From Acidobacteriota bacterium (GTDB lineage Bacteria; Acidobacteriota; UBA6911), in assembly GCA_031271905.1 (NCBI GenBank), contig JAISUT010000067.1, forward strand, positions 32,663 to 96,662: a DNA stretch of 64,000 bases. Reading direction: 5' to 3'. The notes beneath the pieces were generated by a model, which worked only from the letters and a program-made list of their open reading frames with translations, was not told the origin of the DNA and ran no database searches. Both the position numbers and the translations under genes were made by a program. This document shows positions 29,916 to 39,681 of this stretch, piece after piece (positions within the stretch are counted from its first letter, which is position 1; each line of letters begins with the position of its first letter).

Positions 29916-30554
29916 ATGAGACAGTTTCATAGTCTCGACACAAGGTCGATACTTCCGCATCGGATGCCGGAGGCGGAAAGGAGAAGTGGAGGGGGCGTGT
30001 TGCAGAACAACATCCCGGGGACGACGATACCTTACAGCGATTCGAACGCCCAGGCGTTCTCGTACATCAAGCCGCTGATCGTGGCGGCGGGGGGGCTGGG
30101 GCTTGCCCAGGTGTGCGCCATCACCGGATTGGAGGGCTCGACCATCCAGAACTGGGTCAAGCGCGGATGGGTGGGGACGTTGCGCGACAAAAAGTACAAC
30201 GAGCGGCAGGTGGCGCGCATCCTCATCATCCATGCGTTGCGCGGCTGCCTGCAACTGGAGAACATCGTCCGGTTGATGGAGTACGTCAACGGCGTCGTCG
30301 AAGACCCGGATGACGACATCATCGACGAAGGCGAGCTTTACAACTACCTGTGCGAGGCCGTGCGCGACATCATGCCCCGGGGCGACGTTTCCGCCGGGAA
30401 TGTCGAGGCGGTGGTCGATAGGGCGCTCGCCATGTACGCGGGCGCGGACGATGCCCGAGGGCGTCTGCGCAAGGCTCTGATCGTCATGACCTACGCCTGC
30501 GTGTGCGCCACCCTGGCCGACAGGACGAACTTGATGTTGATGGAGATGATCTGA
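29916..30554 (+). CDS. DUF1836-like helix-turn-helix protein
   Basis: LAQVCAITGLEGSTIQNWVKRGW is a MerR-like HTH. Partners with the NfeD and flotillin genes downstream. Confidence 0.5.
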   Translation: MRQFHSLDTRSILPHRMPEAERRSGGGVLQNNIPGTTIPYSDSNAQAFSYIKPLIVAAGGLGLAQVCAITGLEGSTIQNWVKRGWVGTLRDKKYNERQVARILIIHALRGCLQLENIVRLMEYVNGVVEDPDDDIIDEGELYNYLCEAVRDIMPRGDVSAGNVEAVVDRALAMYAGADDARGRLRKALIVMTYACVCATLADRTNLMLMEMI

Positions 30555-30612
30555 AACGACGCCGAGCCTTATGACGAAGGGGCTGGCGCCTACACCGAAA
30601 GGAGCCGCGACT

Positions 30613-31260
30613 ATGGAATGGTTCACGAACTGGTGGGAGGGATTGGAGCTGTTCGGGCAGATACTCGCTTGCGCGGCGATCCCCGCGACGGTGCTGCTCG
30701 TCTTGCAGACGCTGTTCCTGCTCCTGGGCGGGGCGGACGGCCACGACGCCGACCACGACATAGGCCACGGCGGCGGGCACGAGGTGGACCTCGACCTGGA
30801 TTCCTCGCCGGAGTTGGAGCACGACGCCCACGACGTAGCCCATTCCACCGACGGGCTGCGGATATTCACCGTGCGCGGTTTCGTCGCGTTCTTCGCCGTC
30901 GGGGGCTGGACGGGCCTGGCGGTTTGGGACGGGACGCGCTCGGAAGCCCTGACGCTCGGCTGCGCGGTCGCGCTGGGAACGGCGGCGCTCGTGTTCGCCG
31001 CCTTCGCCATCAAATGGATGCTGAAGCTCCAGGACAGCGGCAACATCGATCCGCGCAACGCCATCGCGAGCATGGCGACGGTGTACATCCCCATCCCCCC
31101 GGCGCGTGCGGAGTCCGGGCGCGTGACGCTGCTCCTGCAAGAGCGTTACGTGGAGATGGAGGCTGTCACGGACAGCGAGAGAACCCTTAAAACCGGCGAA
31201 ACCGTCCAAGTCGTCGGAGTGGTTGGAAAAGGCACGCTCATAACGCGCCCGATCAAGTGA
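30613..31260 (+). CDS. NfeD-like membrane protein (flotillin-associated, OB-fold C-terminus)
   Basis: N-terminal TM segments, His/Asp-rich linker, C-terminal beta-barrel (VTDSERTLKTGETVQVVGVVGKGTLITRPIK). GGAG ribosome-binding site. Immediately upstream of flotillin. Confidence 0.7.
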   Translation: MEWFTNWWEGLELFGQILACAAIPATVLLVLQTLFLLLGGADGHDADHDIGHGGGHEVDLDLDSSPELEHDAHDVAHSTDGLRIFTVRGFVAFFAVGGWTGLAVWDGTRSEALTLGCAVALGTAALVFAAFAIKWMLKLQDSGNIDPRNAIASMATVYIPIPPARAESGRVTLLLQERYVEMEAVTDSERTLKTGETVQVVGVVGKGTLITRPIK

Positions 31261-31294
31261 CCGTCAAGTAAACCAACAAGCAAAGGAGTGTCCC

Positions 31295-32707
31295 ATGCCG
31301 GTAACAACCCTGCTTTTGATCATAGTCGTCGTCATATTCGTGATGTCCATGCTCCTGGTGGTCCTGTCGCGTTATCGCAGGTGCCCGTCGGACAAGGTGC
31401 TGGTCATCTACGGCAAGGTCGGCTTCAACGCCGACGGCAGCGCCCGGTCTTCGCGCTGCATCCACGGCGGCGCGGCCTTCATCTGGCCGGTGATCCAGTC
31501 GTACCAGTACCTTGACCTGACGCCGCTCACCATCAGCGTCGATCTCACCAACGCCCTGTCGCACCAGAACATCCGCGTTGACGTGCCCTCGCGCTTCACC
31601 GTGGGCATCTCGACCGAGCCCGGCGTCATGCAGAACGCCGCCGAACGCCTGCTCGGCCTGAGCCTCGCCGCCATCCAGGAGCTGGCGAAAGACATCCTGT
31701 TCGGGCAGTTGCGCCTGGTCATCGCCACGATGGACATCGAGGAGATCAACACCGACCGCGACAAGTTCCTCGAAGCGGTCTCGCACAACGTGGAGACCGA
31801 GCTGAAGAAAATCGGCCTGCGCCTCATCAACGTGAACGTCACCGACATCACCGACGAGTCGGGCTACATCGAGGCGCTGGGCAAGGAAGCCGCCGCAAAG
31901 GCCATCAACGACGCCAAGCGCAGCGTGGCGGAGAAGAACCGCGACGGCGCCAGCGGCGCGGCCATCGCGCTCAAGGACGAACGCATATCCGTGGCGGCCT
32001 CCGACGCCACCGCCGTCGAGGGGGAGAACCTGGCGAAGATCACCATCGCCGTGTCCGACGCCTCGCGCCGCGAGAAGGAGGCCGAGGCCCTGCGCCGCGC
32101 GACGGTCGCCGAGAAGACCGCCGAGGCGCGCGCCCAGGAAGAAGCCTACGCCGCCCAGCAGCTCGCCGAGCAGGCGCGCGCCGCGCGCGAGGAGGCGACC
32201 GGCAAGGCCGACATCATCGTCAAGGCGCGCATCGCGAAAGAGCGCGTGGAGCTCGAAGCCGAGGCCGAGGCCGAGCAGATGCGGCGCAAGGCCAAGGGCG
32301 AGGCCGACGCCATCTACGCCAAGATGGAGGCGCAGGCGCGCGGCATCCTCGAAGTGCTGGGAAAACAGGCCCAGGGCTTCTCGAAACTGGTCGAGGCCGC
32401 CGGAGGCAACCCCGGGTCGGCGGTGCAGTTCATGATCGCCGACAAGATCGAGGAGCTGGTGAAGACACAGGTCGAAGCGGTCAAGAACCTGCAAATCGAC
32501 AAGGTCACCGTGTGGGATTCCATGGGCGGCGCGGGGGGATCCTCGACGACGGCCAACTTCCTGTCGGGCCTGATGAAGTCGATACCCCCCCTCGGAGAGG
32601 CTTTCAAGATGGCGGGGATGCAGTTGCCGGAGTTCCTGGGCAAGGAAATCCCCGTCGCCGCGACGCCTGAAGCCGGCGCCGCCAATCCGGAGGCGCCCGG
32701 GGCCTGA
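31295..32707 (+). CDS. floT: Flotillin-like SPFH/band-7 protein (FloT/YuaG-like)
   Basis: N-terminal TM helix, SPFH domain, long Ala/Glu-rich coiled coil (EAEAEAEQMRRKAKGEADAIYAKMEAQARGILE). Confidence 0.85.
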   Translation: MPVTTLLLIIVVVIFVMSMLLVVLSRYRRCPSDKVLVIYGKVGFNADGSARSSRCIHGGAAFIWPVIQSYQYLDLTPLTISVDLTNALSHQNIRVDVPSRFTVGISTEPGVMQNAAERLLGLSLAAIQELAKDILFGQLRLVIATMDIEEINTDRDKFLEAVSHNVETELKKIGLRLINVNVTDITDESGYIEALGKEAAAKAINDAKRSVAEKNRDGASGAAIALKDERISVAASDATAVEGENLAKITIAVSDASRREKEAEALRRATVAEKTAEARAQEEAYAAQQLAEQARAAREEATGKADIIVKARIAKERVELEAEAEAEQMRRKAKGEADAIYAKMEAQARGILEVLGKQAQGFSKLVEAAGGNPGSAVQFMIADKIEELVKTQVEAVKNLQIDKVTVWDSMGGAGGSSTTANFLSGLMKSIPPLGEAFKMAGMQLPEFLGKEIPVAATPEAGAANPEAPGA

Positions 32708-32763
32708 TCGGCGAAGGACGATATCGCCGTCGGCGGGGATGGCGTCTCCCCGCCGACTTTTAT

Positions 32764-32883
32764 GGGAACCTCTGAAAAACCCGGATACTGCGTCGCCGCA
32801 GGTCTAAATTGCTCTGTTGCTTCGGCTGGCTCCGCTTTCCGACCTGCGGCGACGCCTTGTCTGCGAGGTTTTTAGAGGTTCCC
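32764..32883. mobile_element. MITE-like repeat copy C
   Basis: GGGAACCTCTGAAAAACCCGG...GGTTTTTAGAGGTTCCC. Interior almost identical to copy D. Confidence 0.75.
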
Positions 32884-32967
32884 TTATATGTCATAGTCGC
32901 CCACCATGTCCAAGATGAAAGAGACGGGCGGTGGGAAGGGTCTGGTGGCGCGTCGCATCCTTACCCC

Positions 32968-33016
32968 CATCCCCATCTGCCCTTTCCCCCTTTCCCCCCT
33001 TTCCCCCCTTTCCTCT
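32968..33016. repeat. CCCTTTCC-type microsatellite (pyrimidine tract)
   Basis: ccatctgccctttccccctttcccccctttcccccctttcctct lies immediately upstream of the tRNA-Cys promoter. Confidence 0.6.
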
Positions 33017-33024
33017 AATCGGGC

Positions 33025-33053
33025 TTGCGCGGCAGGGCGTTATCACCTAAAAT
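33025..33053 (+). promoter_or_regulatory. Sigma70-like promoter for tRNA-Cys (TTGCGC-17-TAAAAT)
   Basis: -35 TTGCGC at 33025-33030 and -10 TAAAAT at 33048-33053. 17-bp spacer. tRNA 5' end at 33068. Confidence 0.5.
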
Positions 33054-33067
33054 GTAGTTTTTATTAG

Positions 33068-33143
33068 GGCGTCGTACCCAAGTGGCTAAGGGAGAGGTCT
33101 GCAAAACCTCGATTCAGCGGTTCGAGTCCGCTCGGCGCCTCCA
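33068..33143 (+). tRNA. tRNA-Cys (GCA)
   Basis: 76 nt. Acceptor GGCGTCG/CGGCGCC, D-arm CCC-AAGTGGCTAA-GGG, anticodon stem-loop GAGGT-CTGCAAA-ACCTC (anticodon GCA), T-arm AGCGG-TTCGAGT-CCGCT, encoded CCA. Confidence 0.85.
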
Positions 33144-33213
33144 ATTCCCCCCTCGAACCAACAACTGAAAACTGGCGATTCACGGCTGGAACGGGCTATA
33201 ACGAAAGGTTGCC

Positions 33214-34317
33214 ATGGCGCGAAAGAGACGTAAACACAGAGAACAGGTGTTCTCGCGCCGATCCCTGCCGGGAAGCGCGCCGGGGACGTTGATCGTCGAT
33301 CCCGAGGCGCCGCGCACCAAGATACACGTCATCGCCTACGGCGCGGAAAATATGGCGGAAAGCGATGTCACGGATGCGGCGTCGGTGAGGGGGTTCCTCG
33401 AATCCTGGCCGGTCGTCTGGGTGCGGGTGTCCGGCCTCGGAGACCTTGCGGCGATCACGCAACTGGGCGAAATCTTCGGCCTGCACCGGTTGGCGCTCGA
33501 AGACGTCATCAACGTGCACCAACGTTCCAAGGTGGAGCAGTACCGGGACTACAGCTACATCGTAGTCCGCGCCGTCAACGACGCCGACGGCATCTCCTCC
33601 GAACAGGTCAGCATCTTCCTGGGCAAGAGCTATGTGATCAGCTTCCATGAGAGCGACCCCGGTTGCTTCGACCCGGTGGCGCAGCGCATCCGTGAAGGGA
33701 AGGGGCTGTTGCGCGGCTCCGGCCCATCGCACCTGGCGTACTCCCTGATCGACGCCTGCATCGACAGGTTCTTCCCGGTGGTGGAGCGTTACGGCGACCA
33801 GCTCGAGACCCTTGAGGACGCGATCATCGCCCAGCCGGGCGCCAGCATGGTGGATCGCATCCACGAGACCAAGGGCAGGCTCATGACGTTGCGCCGCATC
33901 TCTTGGCCGATGCGGGACGCGATGATGGTCTTGTACCGCGACCCTATCCTCTGGGTCAACGACGAGGAGCGCATCTACCTGCGCGACTGCTACGACCACA
34001 TGGTGCAGATCAACGACCTGCTTGAAAGCTACCGCGACATCTCCGCCGGGTTGATGGAGGTCTACCTGTCCAGCCTCGGCAACCGTACGAACGAGATCAT
34101 GAAGGTGCTCACGATCCTGTCTGCCGTTTTCATCCCGTTGACGCTGATCTCGGGGGTGTACGGCATGAATTTCGAGGGCGCGGTGCCGGCATTCGACTGG
34201 CGTGGCGGTTTCTTCTTCGCCCTGGGGCTGATGGTTGCCGTGGCGGTGGCGATGCTGCTTTACTTCCGGCGCAAAGGCTGGTGGGGCGGAGAGGGGGCGT
34301 CGAAGGGCAACCGTTGA
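33214..34317 (+). CDS. corA: Magnesium/cobalt transporter CorA
   Basis: C-terminal TM pair with the YGMNF (GMN) signature. 367 aa. Confidence 0.9.
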   Translation: MARKRRKHREQVFSRRSLPGSAPGTLIVDPEAPRTKIHVIAYGAENMAESDVTDAASVRGFLESWPVVWVRVSGLGDLAAITQLGEIFGLHRLALEDVINVHQRSKVEQYRDYSYIVVRAVNDADGISSEQVSIFLGKSYVISFHESDPGCFDPVAQRIREGKGLLRGSGPSHLAYSLIDACIDRFFPVVERYGDQLETLEDAIIAQPGASMVDRIHETKGRLMTLRRISWPMRDAMMVLYRDPILWVNDEERIYLRDCYDHMVQINDLLESYRDISAGLMEVYLSSLGNRTNEIMKVLTILSAVFIPLTLISGVYGMNFEGAVPAFDWRGGFFFALGLMVAVAVAMLLYFRRKGWWGGEGASKGNR

Positions 34318-34514
34318 TTTTGCAGTCCAGGGGCGGTCCAGGTGCGCCCCCGAAGTGCGCCCAGGTGCGGGATGGTTGCATTGAGATAAAATATGCTAAT
34401 ATGAAGGTCGCGAAAAATGTAAAGGCGGGACGGTCTCGGGAAGATTGCCGGCAGCCGTTGACGTGGATGCCTCTCGCGACATGGTTTCCGTTTTAAGCCC
34501 ATGGCATCGAAAGT

Positions 34515-35315
34515 GTGAACGGAATGGACGAAAACAACAGTCAATCTGAAAAAACAGAGGTCGTGCCGCCAGAGCCTCAATCAGAGACGCCCCCTCCCCC
34601 TTCCGAAGATGTCCAATCCCGCGAGGAGGGTTCCCCTGAGGCGGAGCGTCCACCGGAAGGAAAGCAGGAAGACCCGCCCATGGCGCAACCGGCGGCGCAG
34701 GCCCCTCCCGCAACGCCGTCCGAGGAACAACCCGTGGAGCAGCCGGGAAAGGGAGTCGGACAGGCGTCGGCGGGGGTGCAGTCCGAAGAAGAGAAAACCG
34801 CAGAAGAGCAGAAATCCCCCGAAGAATTGAAAAAGGAAGAATTGAAGCAGGCGTTGCGAAGGCTGAAGGACGTAGGACGCCCGCAGTACCGGCCGGCGAC
34901 GTTCTGGCGAAGGTGCGCGGCGTTCGTCTTGGACGGCGTCACCCCGTTGGCGACGGCGGCCATCCTGTATTTCCTCATCGTCTTCATCTCGCCCGGAGCC
35001 GGCACCAGCGAGACCGCCCAAGCCGTGGGGCTCGCCATCGGCATCACCGCGGGGGTCGTCGTATTCTGGCTCTACAACGCGCTTGCGGAAAGTGGCTACA
35101 AGCAGGCGACTCCCGGCAAGGACGCGCTCGCGATCAAAGTCGTGGCGCAGAGCGGGGATCACATCTCGTTCGACAAGGCGACGGCGAGGACTTTCGGCAA
35201 GATCATCTCGGCGTTGCTCCTGTGCGTCGGTTTCCTGATGTGCCTGTTCACCAAAAACAAGCAATGCCTGCATGACAAGATGGCGGCCTGCCAAGTGGTG
35301 TACGACGACAAGTAG
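34515..35315 (+). CDS. RDD-family membrane protein with acidic Pro/Glu-rich N-terminal region
   Basis: C-terminal RCAAFVLDG...TM...TM...LHDKMAACQVV architecture matches the RDD family. N-terminal 110 aa is low-complexity E/P/Q-rich. Confidence 0.6.
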   Translation: MNGMDENNSQSEKTEVVPPEPQSETPPPPSEDVQSREEGSPEAERPPEGKQEDPPMAQPAAQAPPATPSEEQPVEQPGKGVGQASAGVQSEEEKTAEEQKSPEELKKEELKQALRRLKDVGRPQYRPATFWRRCAAFVLDGVTPLATAAILYFLIVFISPGAGTSETAQAVGLAIGITAGVVVFWLYNALAESGYKQATPGKDALAIKVVAQSGDHISFDKATARTFGKIISALLLCVGFLMCLFTKNKQCLHDKMAACQVVYDDK

Positions 35316-35364
35316 CGTCGCGGCGTGAAGCGCCACGTCGCGCGACCGCCTCTGGCGGGCGCGT

Positions 35365-37854
35365 TCACGGTTCGGAGGCGCACTCCGTGTTCACGGCGAG
35401 CAAGTCGCCGAGGGTGTGCAAGTCCTCGACGCATGCCGCAGCCCCTTCGCCCCCCCCCCTCGCCTCCTCGACGGCGGCTCTCCACCAACCGGCGGGTTGC
35501 CTGCGCAACAGGAAGTAGCACTGCGTCTGGACTTCGTGCAGATCCACGGCGAACGGCAGGTGTCGCTCGGCGCGGACGGCGGCGGCGAAGTCCCGCAACG
35601 CCTCTGGATCACAGGGGGCGCGACGCGCGGCGCGCGCCAGGCGCTCGATGACCTCTCGGATTTCGGGCTCCAATGCGTTCCGGTTCCATTGGACGTTGCG
35701 CGCGTTGGCCTCTTCCACCAACGATTGGATGCGTCCGGCGTGTACGGGGCGGGCGCGGAATTCGTCCAGCAACCGCACATGCAGGTGCGCCGTTGCGATG
35801 CCTGCGAAGCGCGGCGGCGGCGTCATGCCGAATTCCGGCATGACGTCCACGATCGGCGCGACGAGGGCGAACGCCTGCCGCTCCAGGCAGCCCAACTCCG
35901 CGCCGGCGGCGGCGATCAGGATGCCGAAGATTTCCCGTTGCTCGTCTTCGGGGAGTCCCTGCATCTCGACCCGCATGGCGTCGAAACGCCCTTTCACAAG
36001 GCGCAGGGCTTCGCCGAAATCGCCTTGCGCAAAGGCGTCGCGGATGTCGCCTTCCGCCTCCGGGGAAAAGCCGCCGCCCGTCGCGTGGCGCAGGCAGGCT
36101 TGGGCGTTCCAGGGCGTCGCGCCCCCCTTCGCGTCCACCGGGGCGTTCGCAGGGCGGATGGCGGCAAGCTCCACATCCAGGGTGTCCGTGGTGACGGCCG
36201 ACGTCAACCGGCAGCTTCCGAGGACGAGTCTCGCCTCGCCCTGCGCCAGGGTTTGCCAAGCCCCCCGCTCCACCGTGTAGGAATAGAAACCGGCGCGCGC
36301 GGGGAGGTCTTGGAATAGCGAACGGAAGGCGTAGCGCGCCGCGACGACGAGGTCGTCGATGGCGGCGGGCTTGACGAATCGCAGGTAGAGGTCGCGCCCG
36401 TCGCCCATTTCGGGACGGTTGCTCCGGGCCTCCTGCAAGGTTTCGAGGAAGGACGGTTCGAAGTCGCCCTTGCCGAAAAGGTCTTCCGCCAGTTGGATCG
36501 CCCGTGCGGCGTATTGCAGGACTTGCAAAGCCTCGATGCCGGCGATGTCATCGAAGAACCAGCCGCAACTGGTGAACATCAAGAGGGCGTGACGTTGCAT
36601 CTCCAACAGCTTCAAGGCGCGGACGCGCCCTGCGGCGTCCAAGGCCGTTCGGGCGTGCGCCGCCAGGAACCGTTCGAGCGCCTCCGGCGTGCGCTCCAGG
36701 ACCAACGCGATGTAGCCGTCGCGCGCCGCCCAAGGGTCGCGCAACAACTCGCCCGCGCAGGATTCGTACAACGGTGCGAGCCGGTCGCGCAATCCGTCCA
36801 GCGCCCGACGCAGCGGCGTGCGCCACCCTTGCCGCCAGCCGGGGTTTGAGCCGGTGGAGCAGCCACAGTCCTCGCGCCACCGCCCGACGCCGTGGCAACA
36901 GCTCCACGAGCTTTCCTCCCAGACCTCCACTTGGTGGGTGGGCGGGTGTTTTTCCAGGAACTCCCCGTAGTTGGTCAGGCGGACGCCCCCGTCGGACTCG
37001 ATCTTGTCCAATGCCCAGGCCAGCGCCATCTCGCCGAAACGGTGGTGATGGCCGAAGGTCTCGCCGTCCACCGCCATGTGCACCAATTGCGGGTGTTCAC
37101 GCGCGGGGGAGAACCCGCCCATGAGCCGGTTCACGAAGGCTGCGCCGTCGCTCAGGAGCTTCTGGAAGCCGACCGCGCTCGATATCGCCCCGTCATAGAA
37201 GAAAAGGGCCATCGAGCGCCCACCGGAAAGCTCCACCTCGTATGCCATGGACGTGTCGATGCCGGTGGTCGCCGTCTCCTGCCAGGGGTTTTCGCCGCGC
37301 GCGCGGAAGCGTCTGGCCTGGTGCGGCGCCAGTACGGCGAACTTGACCCCTTCGCGAGCCATGAGGTCGAGCGCCTGCAGATCGACGGCGGTCTCCGGCA
37401 GCCACATCCCCTCCGGCTTGCGACCGAAGCGGTGGATGAAGTCGCGGACGCCCCAGCGGATCTGCGTGGCCTTGTCACGCGCGTTGCAAAGCGGCAGGAT
37501 GGCGTGGTTGTAGCCCTGCGCCATCGCCGAGCCGTGTCCGGAGAAGCGCTTGACGCTCTCCTTGTCGGCGTCCAAGATGCGGGCGTAGGTCTCCGGCTCC
37601 TCCGCCTCCAGCCAGGACAGCAACGTGGGGCCGAAGTTGAAGCTGATGCGGGCGTAGTTGTTGACGATCTTGACGATGCGACCTTGGGCGTCGAGGATGC
37701 GGGCGACGCCGTTCGGCTCGTAACATTCCGCCGAGACCCGCTGGTTCCAGTCGTGGTAGGGGTGCGCCGACTCCTGCCGCTCGATGGCTTCGATCCAGGG
37801 GTTCTCCCGTGGCGGCTGGTAGAAATGTCCGTGAATGCAGATGTATTTTTCCAT
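35365..37854 (-). CDS. Glycoside hydrolase family 57 protein with DUF3536-like C-terminal extension
   Basis: YICIHGHFYQPPREN (GH57 region 1 HQP), WLPETA (nucleophile region), HMAVDGETFGHHH (acid/base region). About 830 aa. Confidence 0.8.
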   Translation of the reverse strand: MEKYICIHGHFYQPPRENPWIEAIERQESAHPYHDWNQRVSAECYEPNGVARILDAQGRIVKIVNNYARISFNFGPTLLSWLEAEEPETYARILDADKESVKRFSGHGSAMAQGYNHAILPLCNARDKATQIRWGVRDFIHRFGRKPEGMWLPETAVDLQALDLMAREGVKFAVLAPHQARRFRARGENPWQETATTGIDTSMAYEVELSGGRSMALFFYDGAISSAVGFQKLLSDGAAFVNRLMGGFSPAREHPQLVHMAVDGETFGHHHRFGEMALAWALDKIESDGGVRLTNYGEFLEKHPPTHQVEVWEESSWSCCHGVGRWREDCGCSTGSNPGWRQGWRTPLRRALDGLRDRLAPLYESCAGELLRDPWAARDGYIALVLERTPEALERFLAAHARTALDAAGRVRALKLLEMQRHALLMFTSCGWFFDDIAGIEALQVLQYAARAIQLAEDLFGKGDFEPSFLETLQEARSNRPEMGDGRDLYLRFVKPAAIDDLVVAARYAFRSLFQDLPARAGFYSYTVERGAWQTLAQGEARLVLGSCRLTSAVTTDTLDVELAAIRPANAPVDAKGGATPWNAQACLRHATGGGFSPEAEGDIRDAFAQGDFGEALRLVKGRFDAMRVEMQGLPEDEQREIFGILIAAAGAELGCLERQAFALVAPIVDVMPEFGMTPPPRFAGIATAHLHVRLLDEFRARPVHAGRIQSLVEEANARNVQWNRNALEPEIREVIERLARAARRAPCDPEALRDFAAAVRAERHLPFAVDLHEVQTQCYFLLRRQPAGWWRAAVEEARGGGEGAAACVEDLHTLGDLLAVNTECASEP

Positions 37855-38070
37855 AAGGCCGAGTTCGTCGGGGCGCGTTCCTCCAGAGGTCGTCATTTGC
37901 CGGCAAACGTCGTCAGAGCCCTTTACAAAGATGGCACATCCCCCCGGTTGTTCAAAGCCGCCGGCCATTTTTTTATGCGTGGGGGGCGATGGACTGGCGG
38001 TGTTCCCGCATGACGGGCGGGATGGCGTGGCGCGCCGCCCGTCACCGCCAAGCCGCCTAAACGGGCTCCC

Positions 38071-39639
38071 TCACCGGTTTAGTTCGTCCAAGAGGCGCAA
38101 CTGCCCCTGGAATGGCAATGCCGTCGCCTTCACCGCGTCGCCCAACTCCATGACCGAGGGGGCGGTGCCATCGAACGCCTTCCACGCGGGGAGCCCTGCG
38201 CCGTTGGGGTCGCCCGTCTTCGCGAAATTCACCCAGTATGACGACATGGCCTTCTCCAAGGTGCGATCCGTGCCGGTGAACGGTCGCCGCCACTTGTGCA
38301 GGGTGTGCAGGGCGTAGCCGAGCTCGGCGGAGTGGAACGCGCCGTAGTCCGGGGCGCCCGGCGGGACGCGCGTGAAGTAGTAGAGGTAGGCCGCCCGCCT
38401 CCCCGTCTCGCCTTGCAGCCGCGCCCAGGTGTAGTTGTTCCAGCCGAAGGAAAGTTGCGACGCGAGTTTCTGCGACGCCAGCGCCTCGGCGTCGGTGCCG
38501 CCGGGGAACGCCGCGAGGTACCGCGCGGCATCCATGCCGTAACGCGCCTGGACGCTCTTCTTGTAGGCGGCGCGGTCGGCGTTGTACGCGAACGTGATGC
38601 CGTCGTCCGCGTTCCAGCCCGTGAGCGTCGGCACGTCGTTCTGCCGTCCGGCGGCGAAGGTCTCGCGGATCGGCGGGATGACCACGTTGTCGATCGTCAG
38701 CCCGGAGCGCGCAGGGAGCTCCAGCAGCGCGTCGGCGGGCATCTTGCGCAGGTCGCCTACGGACAAGCCGCGTTCTTCCGTCAGCCGCGAGCCCTCCAGC
38801 TCCGCAGCCCCGAGCGACCCGCCGAAGCCCGCGTCCTTGCCGAAGCCGCCGCCGCTCTGGGCGACGAGCCGGTGGAACAGCCCCCGCGCGAGCGGCGAGA
38901 CCGCCAATGCGTTCACGCTGAACGCGCCCGCCGACTGCCCCGCGACGGTCACGCAGCCGGGGTCGCCGCCGAACGCCGCGATGTTGTCCCCGAGCCAGCG
39001 CAACGCCGCGATCTGGTCGAGGATGCCGTAGTTTCCCGAGACCTTGTCGGGGCTTTCCGATGACAGCTCCGGGTGCGCGAGGAAGCCGAAGATCCCCAAG
39101 CGGTAGTTGACCGTGACGAAGACCACCCCCTGCCGCGCCATCATCTCGCCGTCATACAGCGGCACGGTGCCGGAGCCGGAGGTGAAGGCGCCGCCGTGGA
39201 TCCAGACGAACACGGGGAGCTTCTCATCGGCGCGGCGCGCGGGCGTCCAGATGTTCAGGTAGAGGCAGTCCTCGGAGATCGGCTCGGCGGGGACGAGGAA
39301 CTCCTCGCTCCAGCAGTGGAACGGCGCGGGCGCGGCCTGCATCGCCGAAGGCGGCGGCGCGACGCACGCGCGCACCCCCGTCCACGGCTCGGCGGGCCGG
39401 GGCGCGCGCCAACGCAACTCGCCCAGCGGCGGCGCGGCGAACGGGACGCCCATGAACACCTTCACCGCGCCGTCCCTGGTCGTCGTCCCCGAGACCGCGC
39501 CAGCGGCGGTCAGGACATGGCTCGCGTCGATGCCCGGGTCTTTCGATTCTTTGCCCACGTCGTCTCTCCCGTCGGGACGGCCGCCGCAGGCGACCGCCGC
39601 AAGGCTGAACAGCAATGGAAGGAGCAGCATCCGTTTCAT
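38071..39639 (-). CDS. Carboxylesterase type B (para-nitrobenzyl esterase-like), lipoprotein
   Basis: EDCLYLNIW and GQSAGA (GxSxG nucleophile elbow). Signal peptide with lipobox LAAVAC. Confidence 0.85.
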   Translation of the reverse strand: MKRMLLLPLLFSLAAVACGGRPDGRDDVGKESKDPGIDASHVLTAAGAVSGTTTRDGAVKVFMGVPFAAPPLGELRWRAPRPAEPWTGVRACVAPPPSAMQAAPAPFHCWSEEFLVPAEPISEDCLYLNIWTPARRADEKLPVFVWIHGGAFTSGSGTVPLYDGEMMARQGVVFVTVNYRLGIFGFLAHPELSSESPDKVSGNYGILDQIAALRWLGDNIAAFGGDPGCVTVAGQSAGAFSVNALAVSPLARGLFHRLVAQSGGGFGKDAGFGGSLGAAELEGSRLTEERGLSVGDLRKMPADALLELPARSGLTIDNVVIPPIRETFAAGRQNDVPTLTGWNADDGITFAYNADRAAYKKSVQARYGMDAARYLAAFPGGTDAEALASQKLASQLSFGWNNYTWARLQGETGRRAAYLYYFTRVPPGAPDYGAFHSAELGYALHTLHKWRRPFTGTDRTLEKAMSSYWVNFAKTGDPNGAGLPAWKAFDGTAPSVMELGDAVKATALPFQGQLRLLDELNR

Positions 39640-39681
39640 GGCGTCGTCCTTTCAAAGGTGGGGCGTGGTCGCGCCGCGCCC

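Noticed and set aside
29883-31094. 403-aa minus-strand ORF
   Set aside because: Overlaps three well-supported plus-strand genes (DUF1836-like, NfeD, start of flotillin). Antisense artefact.
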